DNA of 64,000 nt, taken from Candidatus Acidiferrales bacterium. Lineage in GTDB: Bacteria; Patescibacteriota; Microgenomatia; Levybacterales; UBA12049. Below are positions 27,953 to 37,116 of this stretch, one piece after another. The notes under the pieces are model-generated. The model was not told the origin of the DNA. It saw only the letters and a list, made by a program, of their open reading frames with translations, and did not search any database. Position 1 is the first letter of the stretch. Each line of letters starts with the position of its first letter. A program made the translations under genes and the position numbers. Location of the stretch: contig DATLSZ010000029.1 in assembly GCA_035533875.1 (NCBI GenBank), forward strand, positions 31,636 to 95,635, in the 5' to 3' direction.

Positions 27953-28723
27953 CTAGATTGTAATTTCTGCTGTTAATCCGAAATGATCGGAGAGATCTTC
28001 ATCAATTACTGCAAATTTTTTTACCTCCAAATCCTTACTGGTAAAGATATAATCGACTGCAAGCCCTTTGGGAAATAATTGTTTGGCTCGATGGTTTTTT
28101 GGATCCAAGGTATTTGTTATCTTATGTTCTGTAATAAGATTGCGGGTGAGTGTGTCGATTTTTTTGATAAGCGGCTGATCCGGGGTGATATTGAAATCAC
28201 CCGAAAGCACAAACGGTGGCGTCACCGTTTGCAAATAGTCAAAGAGCATTTCACCTTGTTTGGTCTGAAACGGTTTTTCAATATGATCTCCTCCCCAGGC
28301 AGCATGAGTATTGATGCATGAGATCTGTTTGTTCTCAATTTCAAAGGTAAGATGCAACACTGTCCGCCCAACATTCTCGTATGCTGTTGAATCTGAGGGA
28401 AACGGTGCAAATTTTGAAAGGATAAGTTCTTTTTTAGCTAGAAGTTTATAATGATTTTTATAAAATATTCCGTTGCCCATATATGCATCCGAGCTTGAGG
28501 TATAGCGCTGTGCGATTGAAAGTACGCCGTAATATTTGTCCTGCAGGATTTTTTGTAATTCTGCGAACGTGTTGCGACGTGAGTGGATATTTCCGACAAT
28601 TGTATCTTTTCCCGTTAATTCCTGCAGGTGTATGATGTCAAAATCATGAGAAGTTATATAATGAATTTGCTTGTCCCAATAGTTGTCTGCATTGATATTG
28701 AGCTGGAGCAGTTTTATTATCAT
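27953..28723 (-). CDS. Endonuclease/exonuclease/phosphatase family protein
   Basis: QLNI, LQE, GDFN, DYIF and SDH motifs. Confidence 0.88.
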   Translation of the reverse strand: MIIKLLQLNINADNYWDKQIHYITSHDFDIIHLQELTGKDTIVGNIHSRRNTFAELQKILQDKYYGVLSIAQRYTSSSDAYMGNGIFYKNHYKLLAKKELILSKFAPFPSDSTAYENVGRTVLHLTFEIENKQISCINTHAAWGGDHIEKPFQTKQGEMLFDYLQTVTPPFVLSGDFNITPDQPLIKKIDTLTRNLITEHKITNTLDPKNHRAKQLFPKGLAVDYIFTSKDLEVKKFAVIDEDLSDHFGLTAEITI

Positions 28724-28814
28724 TCTTTGAGTATAGCATGGAATTAGTAAAGAGTATTTAATAGAGGGTTAAGAAATATGTTATTACTCTTATTATTTGT
28801 TAAAATACATGCAG

Positions 28815-29639
28815 ATGATTTCGAGAAAGAAAATTACCTCTTTTCAAAAACACATTCTTGATTGGTATTCAGTGCATAAAAGAGATCTTCCGTGGCGGGA
28901 ATTGCCGTTTGACACAGTAAAAGGTGCACGTGATCCCTACAAAATACTTGTGTCGGAAATAATGTCACAGCAGACACAACTTTCGCGAGTGATCCCGAAA
29001 TATGAAGCATGGGTGAAAAAATTTCCGAGTACAGAGCATCTTGCACAAGCCAAGACAGCGGAGGTTTTACACTATTGGAATGGACTTGGGTATAACAGAA
29101 GGGCGCTGCATTTAAAAAAAACAGCAGAAATTATTGCTGCAAAATATCATGGTGAGTTTCCACGAAGTGAGAAAGAATTGATGATATTGCCGGGAATAGG
29201 GAAGTATACGGCACGAGCGATTTTGTGTTTTGCATTTGATCAGCAGGTTGCGGTTGTGGATACCAATGTAAGGAAAGTGATATTGACGCAGTTTGCTGTT
29301 CCAGAAAAAGAAATCGCTGAAATTGCGGATGCACTGCTGCCGCAGGGCAGTGCTTACAATTGGAATCAGGCGCTGATGGATTATGCTGCGTCTGTTTTGA
29401 AAAAAGAAAAGATATCGATTCCCAAACAGTCACAATTTATCGGTTCACACCGGTATTACCGCGGACAGGTACTCAAACTATTATTGCAGAAGAGAAAAGT
29501 TCCAGTTGATGATGTTGGGTTCTTGATCAAAAAAGATTATACAGATAAAGATAAAAAATGGCTGTTGAAACTTTTGGAAGAACTTGAAAAAGAGGGGTTT
29601 ATTATTGCTAATCATAATCTGATTGAGTTGGTTGCTTAA
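28815..29639 (+). CDS. mutY: MutY-like A/G adenine glycosylase (short, no Fe-S Cys motif)
   Basis: RDLPWR, ILVSEIMSQQT, GLGYNRRA, LPGIGKYTA, VVDTNV and NQALMD motifs; start uncertain (28797/28809/28815). Confidence 0.82.
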   Translation: MISRKKITSFQKHILDWYSVHKRDLPWRELPFDTVKGARDPYKILVSEIMSQQTQLSRVIPKYEAWVKKFPSTEHLAQAKTAEVLHYWNGLGYNRRALHLKKTAEIIAAKYHGEFPRSEKELMILPGIGKYTARAILCFAFDQQVAVVDTNVRKVILTQFAVPEKEIAEIADALLPQGSAYNWNQALMDYAASVLKKEKISIPKQSQFIGSHRYYRGQVLKLLLQKRKVPVDDVGFLIKKDYTDKDKKWLLKLLEELEKEGFIIANHNLIELVA

Positions 29640-29648
29640 TAGGAGAAT

Positions 29649-30119
29649 CTATTGTTTGGATAATTCATCAAACGACACGCGGATATATTCAGGATCTTTG
29701 ATGCCCAATCTTTCTGTAAAGAATTCTTCTGTTGGATTTGCACCGGTTAGGATCAAAAAGTCTCCCACGTCGTCGATGTGGTTGAAGGTAATTTTATACA
29801 TATCCAGCTGAAAGATTTTTCGGGTTCCCTTCAGGATTTTTTTGACACCAAATTCTTGTGTCAATTCTTTCCCTTTCTCTTCAACGATTTCTTTGTTGAT
29901 CCGCTGTTTTTCTCCAACATCAAATGTGCCATCTATTGCAAATAGCGCTTGAATAAAATAGGTATCATTTACTTTTGCTAGTTTCAGTACATGACCGGGC
30001 GGCTGATTGAAATACGTGTCAATAAATGATTGTTCTTCAATAAAATCGGCACCAAGAGGCTTGAGTTTTTCCTCAATTGTTTTAAAGTCCGAAAAGCGAA
30101 TTTTTAGTTCCCGCGCCAT
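29649..30119 (-). CDS. CYTH-like domain protein
   Basis: N-terminal RELK (ExEK-like), DTYF and VGDFL motifs. Confidence 0.6.
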   Translation of the reverse strand: MARELKIRFSDFKTIEEKLKPLGADFIEEQSFIDTYFNQPPGHVLKLAKVNDTYFIQALFAIDGTFDVGEKQRINKEIVEEKGKELTQEFGVKKILKGTRKIFQLDMYKITFNHIDDVGDFLILTGANPTEEFFTERLGIKDPEYIRVSFDELSKQ

Positions 30120-30676
30120 TATTTATATTCCTCTTTCACTTCATCTTTAAAATCCTTCATCAATTTCCGGAGTTTGGGATCGATGACGACTGTGCAGTAG
30201 TCCGGCCGTCTGCCACTTTCATAGAAATTCTGATGTTCTGCTTCTGCTTGATAAAAATTGGTAAACGGCACAATTTCCGTAACGATAGGATTTTCATATT
30301 TTCCTGATTTATCCAACTTTTTTTTTGATGCTTCTGCAAGTCTCTTTTGCTCGTCATTGTGATAAAAAATAATAGAGCGGTATTCGGGACCTATGTCGTA
30401 TCCTTGCTGATTACGTGTCGTAGGATCATGCGTTGCCCAAAAGATATCCAGAAGCTTTTCGAACGATATTATACGTGGATCATATTGTAGTTGTAGCGAC
30501 TCTGCATGTCCGGTCCTTTTCATAGCAACATCCCAGTATGTTGGATTTTCAAAATTACCGCCTGCATATCCTGAAACAACCGATTCAACCCCTTTGATTC
30601 GTTTGAAGACTGCTTCGGTGCACCAGAAGCATCCATTGGCAAATGTCGCGGTTTCTAATTTTTTTGCAGTAGCCAT
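30119..30676 (-). CDS. msrA: Peptide methionine sulfoxide reductase A
   Basis: GCFWCTE, GYAGG, TGHAE, HDPT and AEAEHQ motifs; start 30676. Confidence 0.96.
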   Translation of the reverse strand: MATAKKLETATFANGCFWCTEAVFKRIKGVESVVSGYAGGNFENPTYWDVAMKRTGHAESLQLQYDPRIISFEKLLDIFWATHDPTTRNQQGYDIGPEYRSIIFYHNDEQKRLAEASKKKLDKSGKYENPIVTEIVPFTNFYQAEAEHQNFYESGRRPDYCTVVIDPKLRKLMKDFKDEVKEEYK

Positions 30677-30698
30677 ATTTATATTATACAGAGAAAAA

Positions 30699-30833
30699 GC
30701 TCGGAACGAAATTTTTTCTTGGACCAACCTTTTGAGTTTTAATAGTAGTAGCGCCTCCGCTTTCCGAGGGTCACAGAATTTTTATTGTAATAATAAAAGG
30801 CATTCGTCCTAGCGAAAAAAATTTGTTCCTCAC
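30699..30833. repeat. Structured intergenic repeat, copy A
   Basis: gctcggaacgaaatttttt-cttggacc ... ggcattcgtcctagcg-aaaaaaatttgttcctc. Confidence 0.65.
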
Positions 30834-30864
30834 TTATTTATGTTATTAGAAATAAAACGTTAGA

Positions 30865-31320
30865 TTACATTGATTGGAGATCGGTGATGGGTTTGATGTC
30901 TGAAAAGTAAATTTCTTTTCCATCGCTGTTAACAGCTGAAATTTGGTATTCATAGTTGACCCCTTTTTTCAGATCGGAAATAGTGTAGTTGTGTACACTC
31001 AACGGGATGTTTCGGACAGCATTGGTAAAGGTTTGTTCACCGGTTTGCCGATAATAAATGTTGTATGATGCGGCATTGGGAACTGGCGGTAGCGAAACTG
31101 TTGCTTGATTAAACAGTCCATTCATAATTTGAGCGCCTGCGACTGCTTGAGTAACGCTGTGTCTGTTGATTGATACAACTCCGATGACAAATAATACAAG
31201 GCACGCACTGATAATTACAATCCTACGGAAGAGGTATGTTTCGTTTCCGGATGATCGGGGAGTTGTACGCTTTACTGTTTTCCTCGCAGTTGCTTTTTTT
31301 GGTGCAGTTTTCTTTTTCAT
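30865..31320 (-). CDS. Membrane-anchored fibronectin type III domain protein
   Basis: Lys-rich N-terminus, TM, then SYNIYY...YTISDLKKGVNYEYQISAVN. Confidence 0.75.
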   Translation of the reverse strand: MKKKTAPKKATARKTVKRTTPRSSGNETYLFRRIVIISACLVLFVIGVVSINRHSVTQAVAGAQIMNGLFNQATVSLPPVPNAASYNIYYRQTGEQTFTNAVRNIPLSVHNYTISDLKKGVNYEYQISAVNSDGKEIYFSDIKPITDLQSM

Positions 31321-31374
31321 CACTATATTTAGTAGATCAAAAAACAGTACCTATTGTCAAGCCCTAGATGATTT

Positions 31375-32034
31375 TTAGAGCCCATTTGGCATGGTTCCTG
31401 TATGGGTATAGTAATCAACTTCACGGACTCCCTTTTTCTCCCTGGCTACTTCCACAATTTTTCTAATTTTTTCTCTTAAAAATCTGCCGTTGGTGATGCC
31501 GGGAATATACTCATTTGGCCAGCTCACATCCGAAGTGATAAGTTGGATATTGGAAAGCCCAAACCGTCCTAGAATAAAAGGCTGAATAAATGTTGTATCT
31601 TTGATTCTATAAAGCTCAACATCATCAATGCGTTTGACAAATATCCCTGAATATATCCGCAAACGCTGATCGGTGATGACATAGGTCGTATTTTTGGTTT
31701 GTAAATAAATATAGTAAGCAATCAGTAAAGGAAATAATAACCAGCAAAAAAGAAAACAAAAGAAGTATGCGGTAAGATGAATCAACTGGGAGGATTTGCC
31801 AATCCATATTATCGTTTCATCCGGATCAAGTTCTCGCAGCTCGTCATAGATATCTTGATATTCGTTCTGGGTAATAGGTTTGGGATGAATTTTTTTCTTG
31901 ACTTTTTCTTTCAGCGATGCGGGTTTGGGGTCAATTATTTGTGGAGTATGGAATTCGGTTTTGAGAGAATCAGAAGTAAAGACATCCAGAGGCTCTTGGT
32001 GTCGGGAGTTACGATTAGCTTTGATAGTATTCAC
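31375..32034 (-). CDS. Bacterial PH domain (bPH_2) membrane protein
   Basis: YVITDQRL..GIF....VELYRIKD....Q motif. Confidence 0.75.
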   Translation of the reverse strand: MNTIKANRNSRHQEPLDVFTSDSLKTEFHTPQIIDPKPASLKEKVKKKIHPKPITQNEYQDIYDELRELDPDETIIWIGKSSQLIHLTAYFFCFLFCWLLFPLLIAYYIYLQTKNTTYVITDQRLRIYSGIFVKRIDDVELYRIKDTTFIQPFILGRFGLSNIQLITSDVSWPNEYIPGITNGRFLREKIRKIVEVAREKKGVREVDYYTHTGTMPNGL

Positions 32035-32077
32035 CCGCGATTCCTTTCTTTGGAGATAATTATAACATACTCATTTA

Positions 32078-34561
32078 TTATAAATTGTATTTCTTTAGGA
32101 AAGTACTTTTGATAACGGCAACCAAGAATAGATAAGTTGTGGTCAGTAGCGCTAAAATGACAAAATAGAGCGGGGGAGGGACAACCATTCCCAAGGAACC
32201 AGCAAGTGGAGTAAAGGGCAAAAGAATACCGATCGCAACAACTGCTAGTGATGTAATCGTAAGCCAGATGCTCGGACGGCTTTTATAGAACGGGTTTCTT
32301 GCTGTTCTGATCACAAATACGACGAGAATTTCTGTCGCCAGTGATTCCATAAACCAGCCTGTTTGGAAGAGCCCGCCCTTTGCGTGGAACAGAAAAATTA
32401 ATGCACTAAACGTCAGATAATCATAAATAGAACTAAGCGGACCGAAAAATAACATATAATCTTTGATAAAGGAGATATTCCAATGTCTTGGTTTTATCAG
32501 TGATTCGGGATCAACATTATCCGATGGGATTGTCAGCTGCGATACATCATATAAGGTGTTGGTGAGCAAGATCTGAACCGGTGTCATAGGAAGGAAGGTA
32601 AAGAAGAACGATGCGCCGGCAGCAGAAAACATATTGCCGAAATTCGAGCTTGTACTCATTAGGATATATTTGATAGTGTTGCTGAACGTTTTGCGTCCTT
32701 CCACAATACCGTCTGCTATCACATCAAGTCCTTTTCGAAGCAGTACGACGGAGGCGGCATTTTTGGCGACATCCACTGCTGAGTTGACTGATATCCCGAC
32801 TTCGGCATTGTGCAGCGAAGGGAGATCATTGATGCCGTCTCCGAGATAGCCGACAGTATGGCCGTTTGCCTGCAGGGCCTGAATGACTTGCAGTTTTTGC
32901 AACGGTGAAACTCGTGCAAAAATATCCAGATCGTTCACTTTTTCTTTGAGCTGAAGCGGTGTTAATTTTTCCATCTCATCTCCTGTGATAAGACGTGTTG
33001 TATCCATGCCGACTTCTGCACAGATTTTTTGTGTGACAATCTCATTATCACCCGTGATAACTTTGGTCAGGACATTAAGTGCATGTAATTTATCCAGTGC
33101 TTCTTTAGCCGTCTTTTTTGGTATATCAAGGAAGGTAATATACCCATGAAACTCAAGATGATTGACATCATCCCAGGAGTATTCCTTCTTCTCAGGTATC
33201 GATTTTTTCCCAAGACAAATAACCCGGTAGCCGTTTTTCCGTGCTGCAAGGAGTTCTTTTTGTAATTGAGCTTGATTAGTAAGGTTACAGAGCGGTAGTA
33301 TTGCTTCAGGTGCACCTTTAGCAAGAAGTGCTGTTTGGTTATCGTCTTTTACGACGGTATACATGGCTTTTTTGTTGTAATCAAATGGCTCTTCATGGAG
33401 TTTCTTGGTTTTTTGTATAGAGATCTTTTGTTTGAGTGCGTAGTTCCAAAGCGCGACATCGATACCATTGCCATGGGGCTTGGCATTGATAATTGCCGTA
33501 TTACAAACGAGCGCATCGATAAGGACATGCTGATCTTTTTTTCCATGTTTATCCAAGTAATCAACCACGGTTATTTCTCCTTCGGTAAGTGTCCCGGTTT
33601 TGTCGGTGCAGAGTACATCCATATTGCCGAGATTCTCAAGCGATAAAAGCCTTTTGACAACTACGTGTTTTTTTGCGAGTTTGCCAGCACCATGAGACAG
33701 ACTGACGGTTACGATTACAGGAAGCAGCTCTGGAGTTAGTCCAACAGCGATTGCCAGACTAAAGAGAACAGATTGAAGAATTGGGTGACCAACTGCGGCG
33801 TTGATCAAAAAAATGGCAATGGTGAGAAGCACAATAATTCTGAGAATAAAATTCCCAAAGCGCGACAATCCTTTTTGGAATTCGGTTGCGGGTTTGATAA
33901 ACGTCGCACTTTTTGCGATCTTGCCAAATTCCGTTTGTTTGCCTATCTGTAGAATGACCCCTTTGCCCGATCCATTTTCAACACTGGTCCCCATGTAACC
34001 GATATTGTCAGTCCCCGGTGCCGTTTGTTTGAGAATTGTTTTTGCCTCACCGGTCAGCGCAGATTCATTAATTTCAATGTTATTTGTTTCAAGGAATCTG
34101 ATATCCGCCGGGATAATACTTCCCTGTGCCAGAAGAATGATATCTCCCATTGTCAGATGTGATGCAGGCACTTCTATTTTTTCTCCGTTGCGGATGACAA
34201 GAGTTGTTGGCGTAATGCGTTTCATTAAGCCTTCAACAGTTTTTTCAGCACTATACTCATTCCAAAAACCAAGAAAGATGCTGACCACAATAATTCCTAG
34301 AATATAATACGAACTGACCTGTTCTCCCAAAAAAAGTGAAACCATTGCCGCTGCGGTGAGGATAATGATTAACGGATTCCCTGTCAGCTGGCGGAAAAAA
34401 AGGCTGAACATATTGGTACGCGTCATATGGATTGTATTTAATCCATATTGTCTGATCCGCTGTTGTGCTTCTTTGTCAGTAAGTCCGGTATCGGATGAAG
34501 TAATTTGTTTGAGAACTTCTTCAGCTGTCTGCAATTTAGCAGTATGCACATTGTAATTCAT
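32078..34561 (-). CDS. mgtA: Mg2+-transporting P-type ATPase (P3B)
   Basis: VGLTPELLP, DKTGTLT, TGDN, GDGIND, SSNFGN and FQTGWF motifs. Confidence 0.92.
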   Translation of the reverse strand: MNYNVHTAKLQTAEEVLKQITSSDTGLTDKEAQQRIRQYGLNTIHMTRTNMFSLFFRQLTGNPLIIILTAAAMVSLFLGEQVSSYYILGIIVVSIFLGFWNEYSAEKTVEGLMKRITPTTLVIRNGEKIEVPASHLTMGDIILLAQGSIIPADIRFLETNNIEINESALTGEAKTILKQTAPGTDNIGYMGTSVENGSGKGVILQIGKQTEFGKIAKSATFIKPATEFQKGLSRFGNFILRIIVLLTIAIFLINAAVGHPILQSVLFSLAIAVGLTPELLPVIVTVSLSHGAGKLAKKHVVVKRLLSLENLGNMDVLCTDKTGTLTEGEITVVDYLDKHGKKDQHVLIDALVCNTAIINAKPHGNGIDVALWNYALKQKISIQKTKKLHEEPFDYNKKAMYTVVKDDNQTALLAKGAPEAILPLCNLTNQAQLQKELLAARKNGYRVICLGKKSIPEKKEYSWDDVNHLEFHGYITFLDIPKKTAKEALDKLHALNVLTKVITGDNEIVTQKICAEVGMDTTRLITGDEMEKLTPLQLKEKVNDLDIFARVSPLQKLQVIQALQANGHTVGYLGDGINDLPSLHNAEVGISVNSAVDVAKNAASVVLLRKGLDVIADGIVEGRKTFSNTIKYILMSTSSNFGNMFSAAGASFFFTFLPMTPVQILLTNTLYDVSQLTIPSDNVDPESLIKPRHWNISFIKDYMLFFGPLSSIYDYLTFSALIFLFHAKGGLFQTGWFMESLATEILVVFVIRTARNPFYKSRPSIWLTITSLAVVAIGILLPFTPLAGSLGMVVPPPLYFVILALLTTTYLFLVAVIKSTFLKKYNL

Positions 34562-34593
34562 AATAGGGGAGGTAAGAATTTGTTCTAAGAATC

Positions 34594-35388
34594 CTACGCG
34601 AATGCTAATTTATGTTTCTCAAATTCTTTTTTGACAAAATACCGGTATCGTCTTGCAATTTCCTTACGGCGCACAGGATTGGTTGTTAGCGTAACACGGA
34701 ACGTCATGATCTCAGGATTACTAAAGCCATCGATCCCATTCACTATGGATCCAGGCAGCAATGAATCGGTAAATTCAGGATCTTTCTGTAATTGGGCCAT
34801 GGCTGTTTCTGCCGCTTTTATCACTTTATCGATATCCTGATTTGCTTTTATCGTCAAATCAATGAAATTGTTAAACCGATGTCTCGAGTAGTTAATGATT
34901 TTTTTTATTTGTCCATTAGGGATAACATGGGATGAGCCATTTTCGGCACGGATTGTCAATGTACGCGCGCCAATATGTTCAACAACTCCTTCTGACATGT
35001 CGCTTTGAATAAACGTTGTGCCGATCTGAATATAGTCACCTATAGCAATAGAATTCAGCGATAGTAAAAAAAGCCCATTTACAAAATCTTCAATGATTTC
35101 GCGTGCCCCGATACCGATAATGATACCGATGACACTGGCAGATGCCAAGAGGGGAGTAAGATTGATGCCAAAGAGTGTAAGAATAATATAAAGCGCAAAG
35201 ATATAGACAATAATCGTTATGATATTGCGGATTATCGCAGCGACCGTCTGGGTACGTTTGCTGTCAAAGTGCTTGGGTACTCTCACCAGAGCTCTGAGGA
35301 CAAAATCCAAAAGAACTGCGATCAAAAGCGTAACGCCGGCGTACAGGTATGTCTTGATCATTGCGGCAGAAAAGATATCAATATTCAT
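34594..35388 (-). CDS. MscS-family mechanosensitive channel
   Basis: LLASASVIGIIIGIGA...GDYIQIG...IPNG. Confidence 0.88.
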   Translation of the reverse strand: MNIDIFSAAMIKTYLYAGVTLLIAVLLDFVLRALVRVPKHFDSKRTQTVAAIIRNIITIIVYIFALYIILTLFGINLTPLLASASVIGIIIGIGAREIIEDFVNGLFLLSLNSIAIGDYIQIGTTFIQSDMSEGVVEHIGARTLTIRAENGSSHVIPNGQIKKIINYSRHRFNNFIDLTIKANQDIDKVIKAAETAMAQLQKDPEFTDSLLPGSIVNGIDGFSNPEIMTFRVTLTTNPVRRKEIARRYRYFVKKEFEKHKLAFA

Positions 35389-35450
35389 GGCTTCTTAAAG
35401 CATAAAATGCTGAAGGAACAAAGTCAAGGAAAGAGTAGTACAAGGTTCAA

Positions 35451-36707
35451 TTATGAAATGCGTGCTGTCAAGGAATTGGTTCTGGGGAAGTTTTTCTTTG
35501 ACCGAAGTAGTTTTTGCGTAGTCATCAATCTAAAATCACTGACTTCATTGACAAATTCATTAAGCAGCATTTGTTCCTGATCTTTTTTTATCACAATTCT
35601 GAAGCCTTCCTGTTTTAGTCCATGTACTTTATAGGCATGTTGTAGCCATCCCTGCTCTTCCAAATACTTTGAGAGTTTAATAACATCATTTCCATAAACA
35701 AAAATTTGCGGTGCATACGGCGAACCGGGATAGGTTGAAAACCCGAGACCATTTAATATTTCCATGAGTTCTTTTTTAACTTTAAGATATCTCTTGGCAA
35801 AACTTTTATAGCCTTGATATTTATAAAGCATGATATTCGTGTATAAACTAAAGACCCCCAAGGATGATCCGGTAACTGTTAAGCTTGCCATTTTTTTATT
35901 ACCCGAACTAAGATATTCAATACTTCCGGTGTATTTCTGTGTTATTTCTTTATCACGCAGCAATAAGACACCGCCGCCGCATAACGAGAGACCAAACTTA
36001 TGACAGGAGATATTCATTGAGAATAGTCTGTCTAGCTGAGAAAATTTATATTTTAGATCGGTATCAAGATAGGGGATAATAAAACCGCCGATAGCACCAT
36101 CAATATGAAGATAGGTGTTATATTCACGAGCAATTGCGTTTAACTCCGTAAGATCATCAATAACGCCTAATTCTGTAGAGATCATTATGCCAGCAATAAG
36201 AATGGTGTTATTATCAACTTTTCGTTTGGCATCTTCAATATCGGCTGAATAATTTTCATTTTTGTCTATCTCGCGGACTTCAATGCCCAGCATCTTGGCG
36301 CATCGTTTCAGACTATAATGTGCATGTTTTGGGATAAGCATATTGGGTTTTGTGATGTTTTTTTCGTCACGCGCTTGCTCTCTGGCATAATGAAATGCGA
36401 GAAGGATACTTTCTGTCGAACCTGAAGTCAAGATGGTGGTCCCGCCTTGATTATCAAATATTTTTTTGAAATATCTATCGATTACTTCTTCAAAATACGT
36501 GAGTGATTTATATCCTTTTCTATCCACGACATTTTTATTTAAATAGTGAAAAAGATACTTATAGACAAATGGGTTTTTGTGGATGGCAGTAAATGTTCCG
36601 ACATTTTTTTTCTCGCTCGGATCTTCTAGTATTAATTTATCAAGCTTAAATTGCAGATTTTGCAGATCTTTCATCGTTTTGAGAGCAACCATGTATAAGC
36701 GTATCAT
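35451..36707 (-). CDS. Group II PLP-dependent amino acid decarboxylase (MfnA/GAD/sphingosine-1-P lyase-like)
   Basis: SGSTES, AHYS, HIDGAIGG and SCHKFG (PLP Lys) motifs. Confidence 0.82.
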   Translation of the reverse strand: MIRLYMVALKTMKDLQNLQFKLDKLILEDPSEKKNVGTFTAIHKNPFVYKYLFHYLNKNVVDRKGYKSLTYFEEVIDRYFKKIFDNQGGTTILTSGSTESILLAFHYAREQARDEKNITKPNMLIPKHAHYSLKRCAKMLGIEVREIDKNENYSADIEDAKRKVDNNTILIAGIMISTELGVIDDLTELNAIAREYNTYLHIDGAIGGFIIPYLDTDLKYKFSQLDRLFSMNISCHKFGLSLCGGGVLLLRDKEITQKYTGSIEYLSSGNKKMASLTVTGSSLGVFSLYTNIMLYKYQGYKSFAKRYLKVKKELMEILNGLGFSTYPGSPYAPQIFVYGNDVIKLSKYLEEQGWLQHAYKVHGLKQEGFRIVIKKDQEQMLLNEFVNEVSDFRLMTTQKLLRSKKNFPRTNSLTARIS

Positions 36708-36746
36708 AAGTAGTTAAAGAATGTCAACGTGAAAACACTTTTTTCA

Positions 36747-36786
36747 TTACGTAATCCTTACGTATTTTTTGCGTATTTCTTAGCAC
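36747..36786. promoter_or_regulatory. Direct repeats with 11-bp period (putative regulator boxes)
   Basis: ttacgta at 36747 and 36758, ttgcgta at 36769, ttagca at 36780. Confidence 0.45.
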
Positions 36787-36922
36787 TGCAGTTTATACTA
36801 CTTATGATGTCTATGAAGCATCGTAAAGGGGGAGCGGTTATCACATAGTCACTCCGGAGCGACCCTTGCAAGAGAACAACGCCTGGCAATGACTGATAAC
36901 CAATCCTAAAGGAAGTTTTATT

Positions 36923-37045
36923 ATGAAAAAGAGATACTACTATAGAGAGGAGGGGAGTATGGAGAAGTTGTTTAATTTTATAGAAAGAAGTTTCAGAAAT
37001 GTATTACTGTCTTTCTTTACCGTTTTTTCTGCCCCAATTCGGTAA
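36923..37045 (+). CDS. Putative 40-aa small protein
   Basis: [40 protein letters not shown] with AAGGAAG upstream; follows the hairpin at 36836-36901. Confidence 0.35.
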   Translation: MKKRYYYREEGSMEKLFNFIERSFRNVLLSFFTVFSAPIR

Positions 37046-37072
37046 AGAGAAATCCTACTATGAGCTGCCTTT

Positions 37073-37108
37073 TTAGCACTTGACAAGTAACACTGCTAAT
37101 TCTACAAT
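37073..37108 (+). promoter_or_regulatory. CIRCE (HrcA operator) overlapping the clpB promoter
   Basis: TTAGCACTt-N9-cacTGCTAA (37073-37099); TTGACA (37080-85), 17 bp, TACAAT (37103-08). Confidence 0.8.
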
Positions 37109-37116
37109 AGGGAAGT

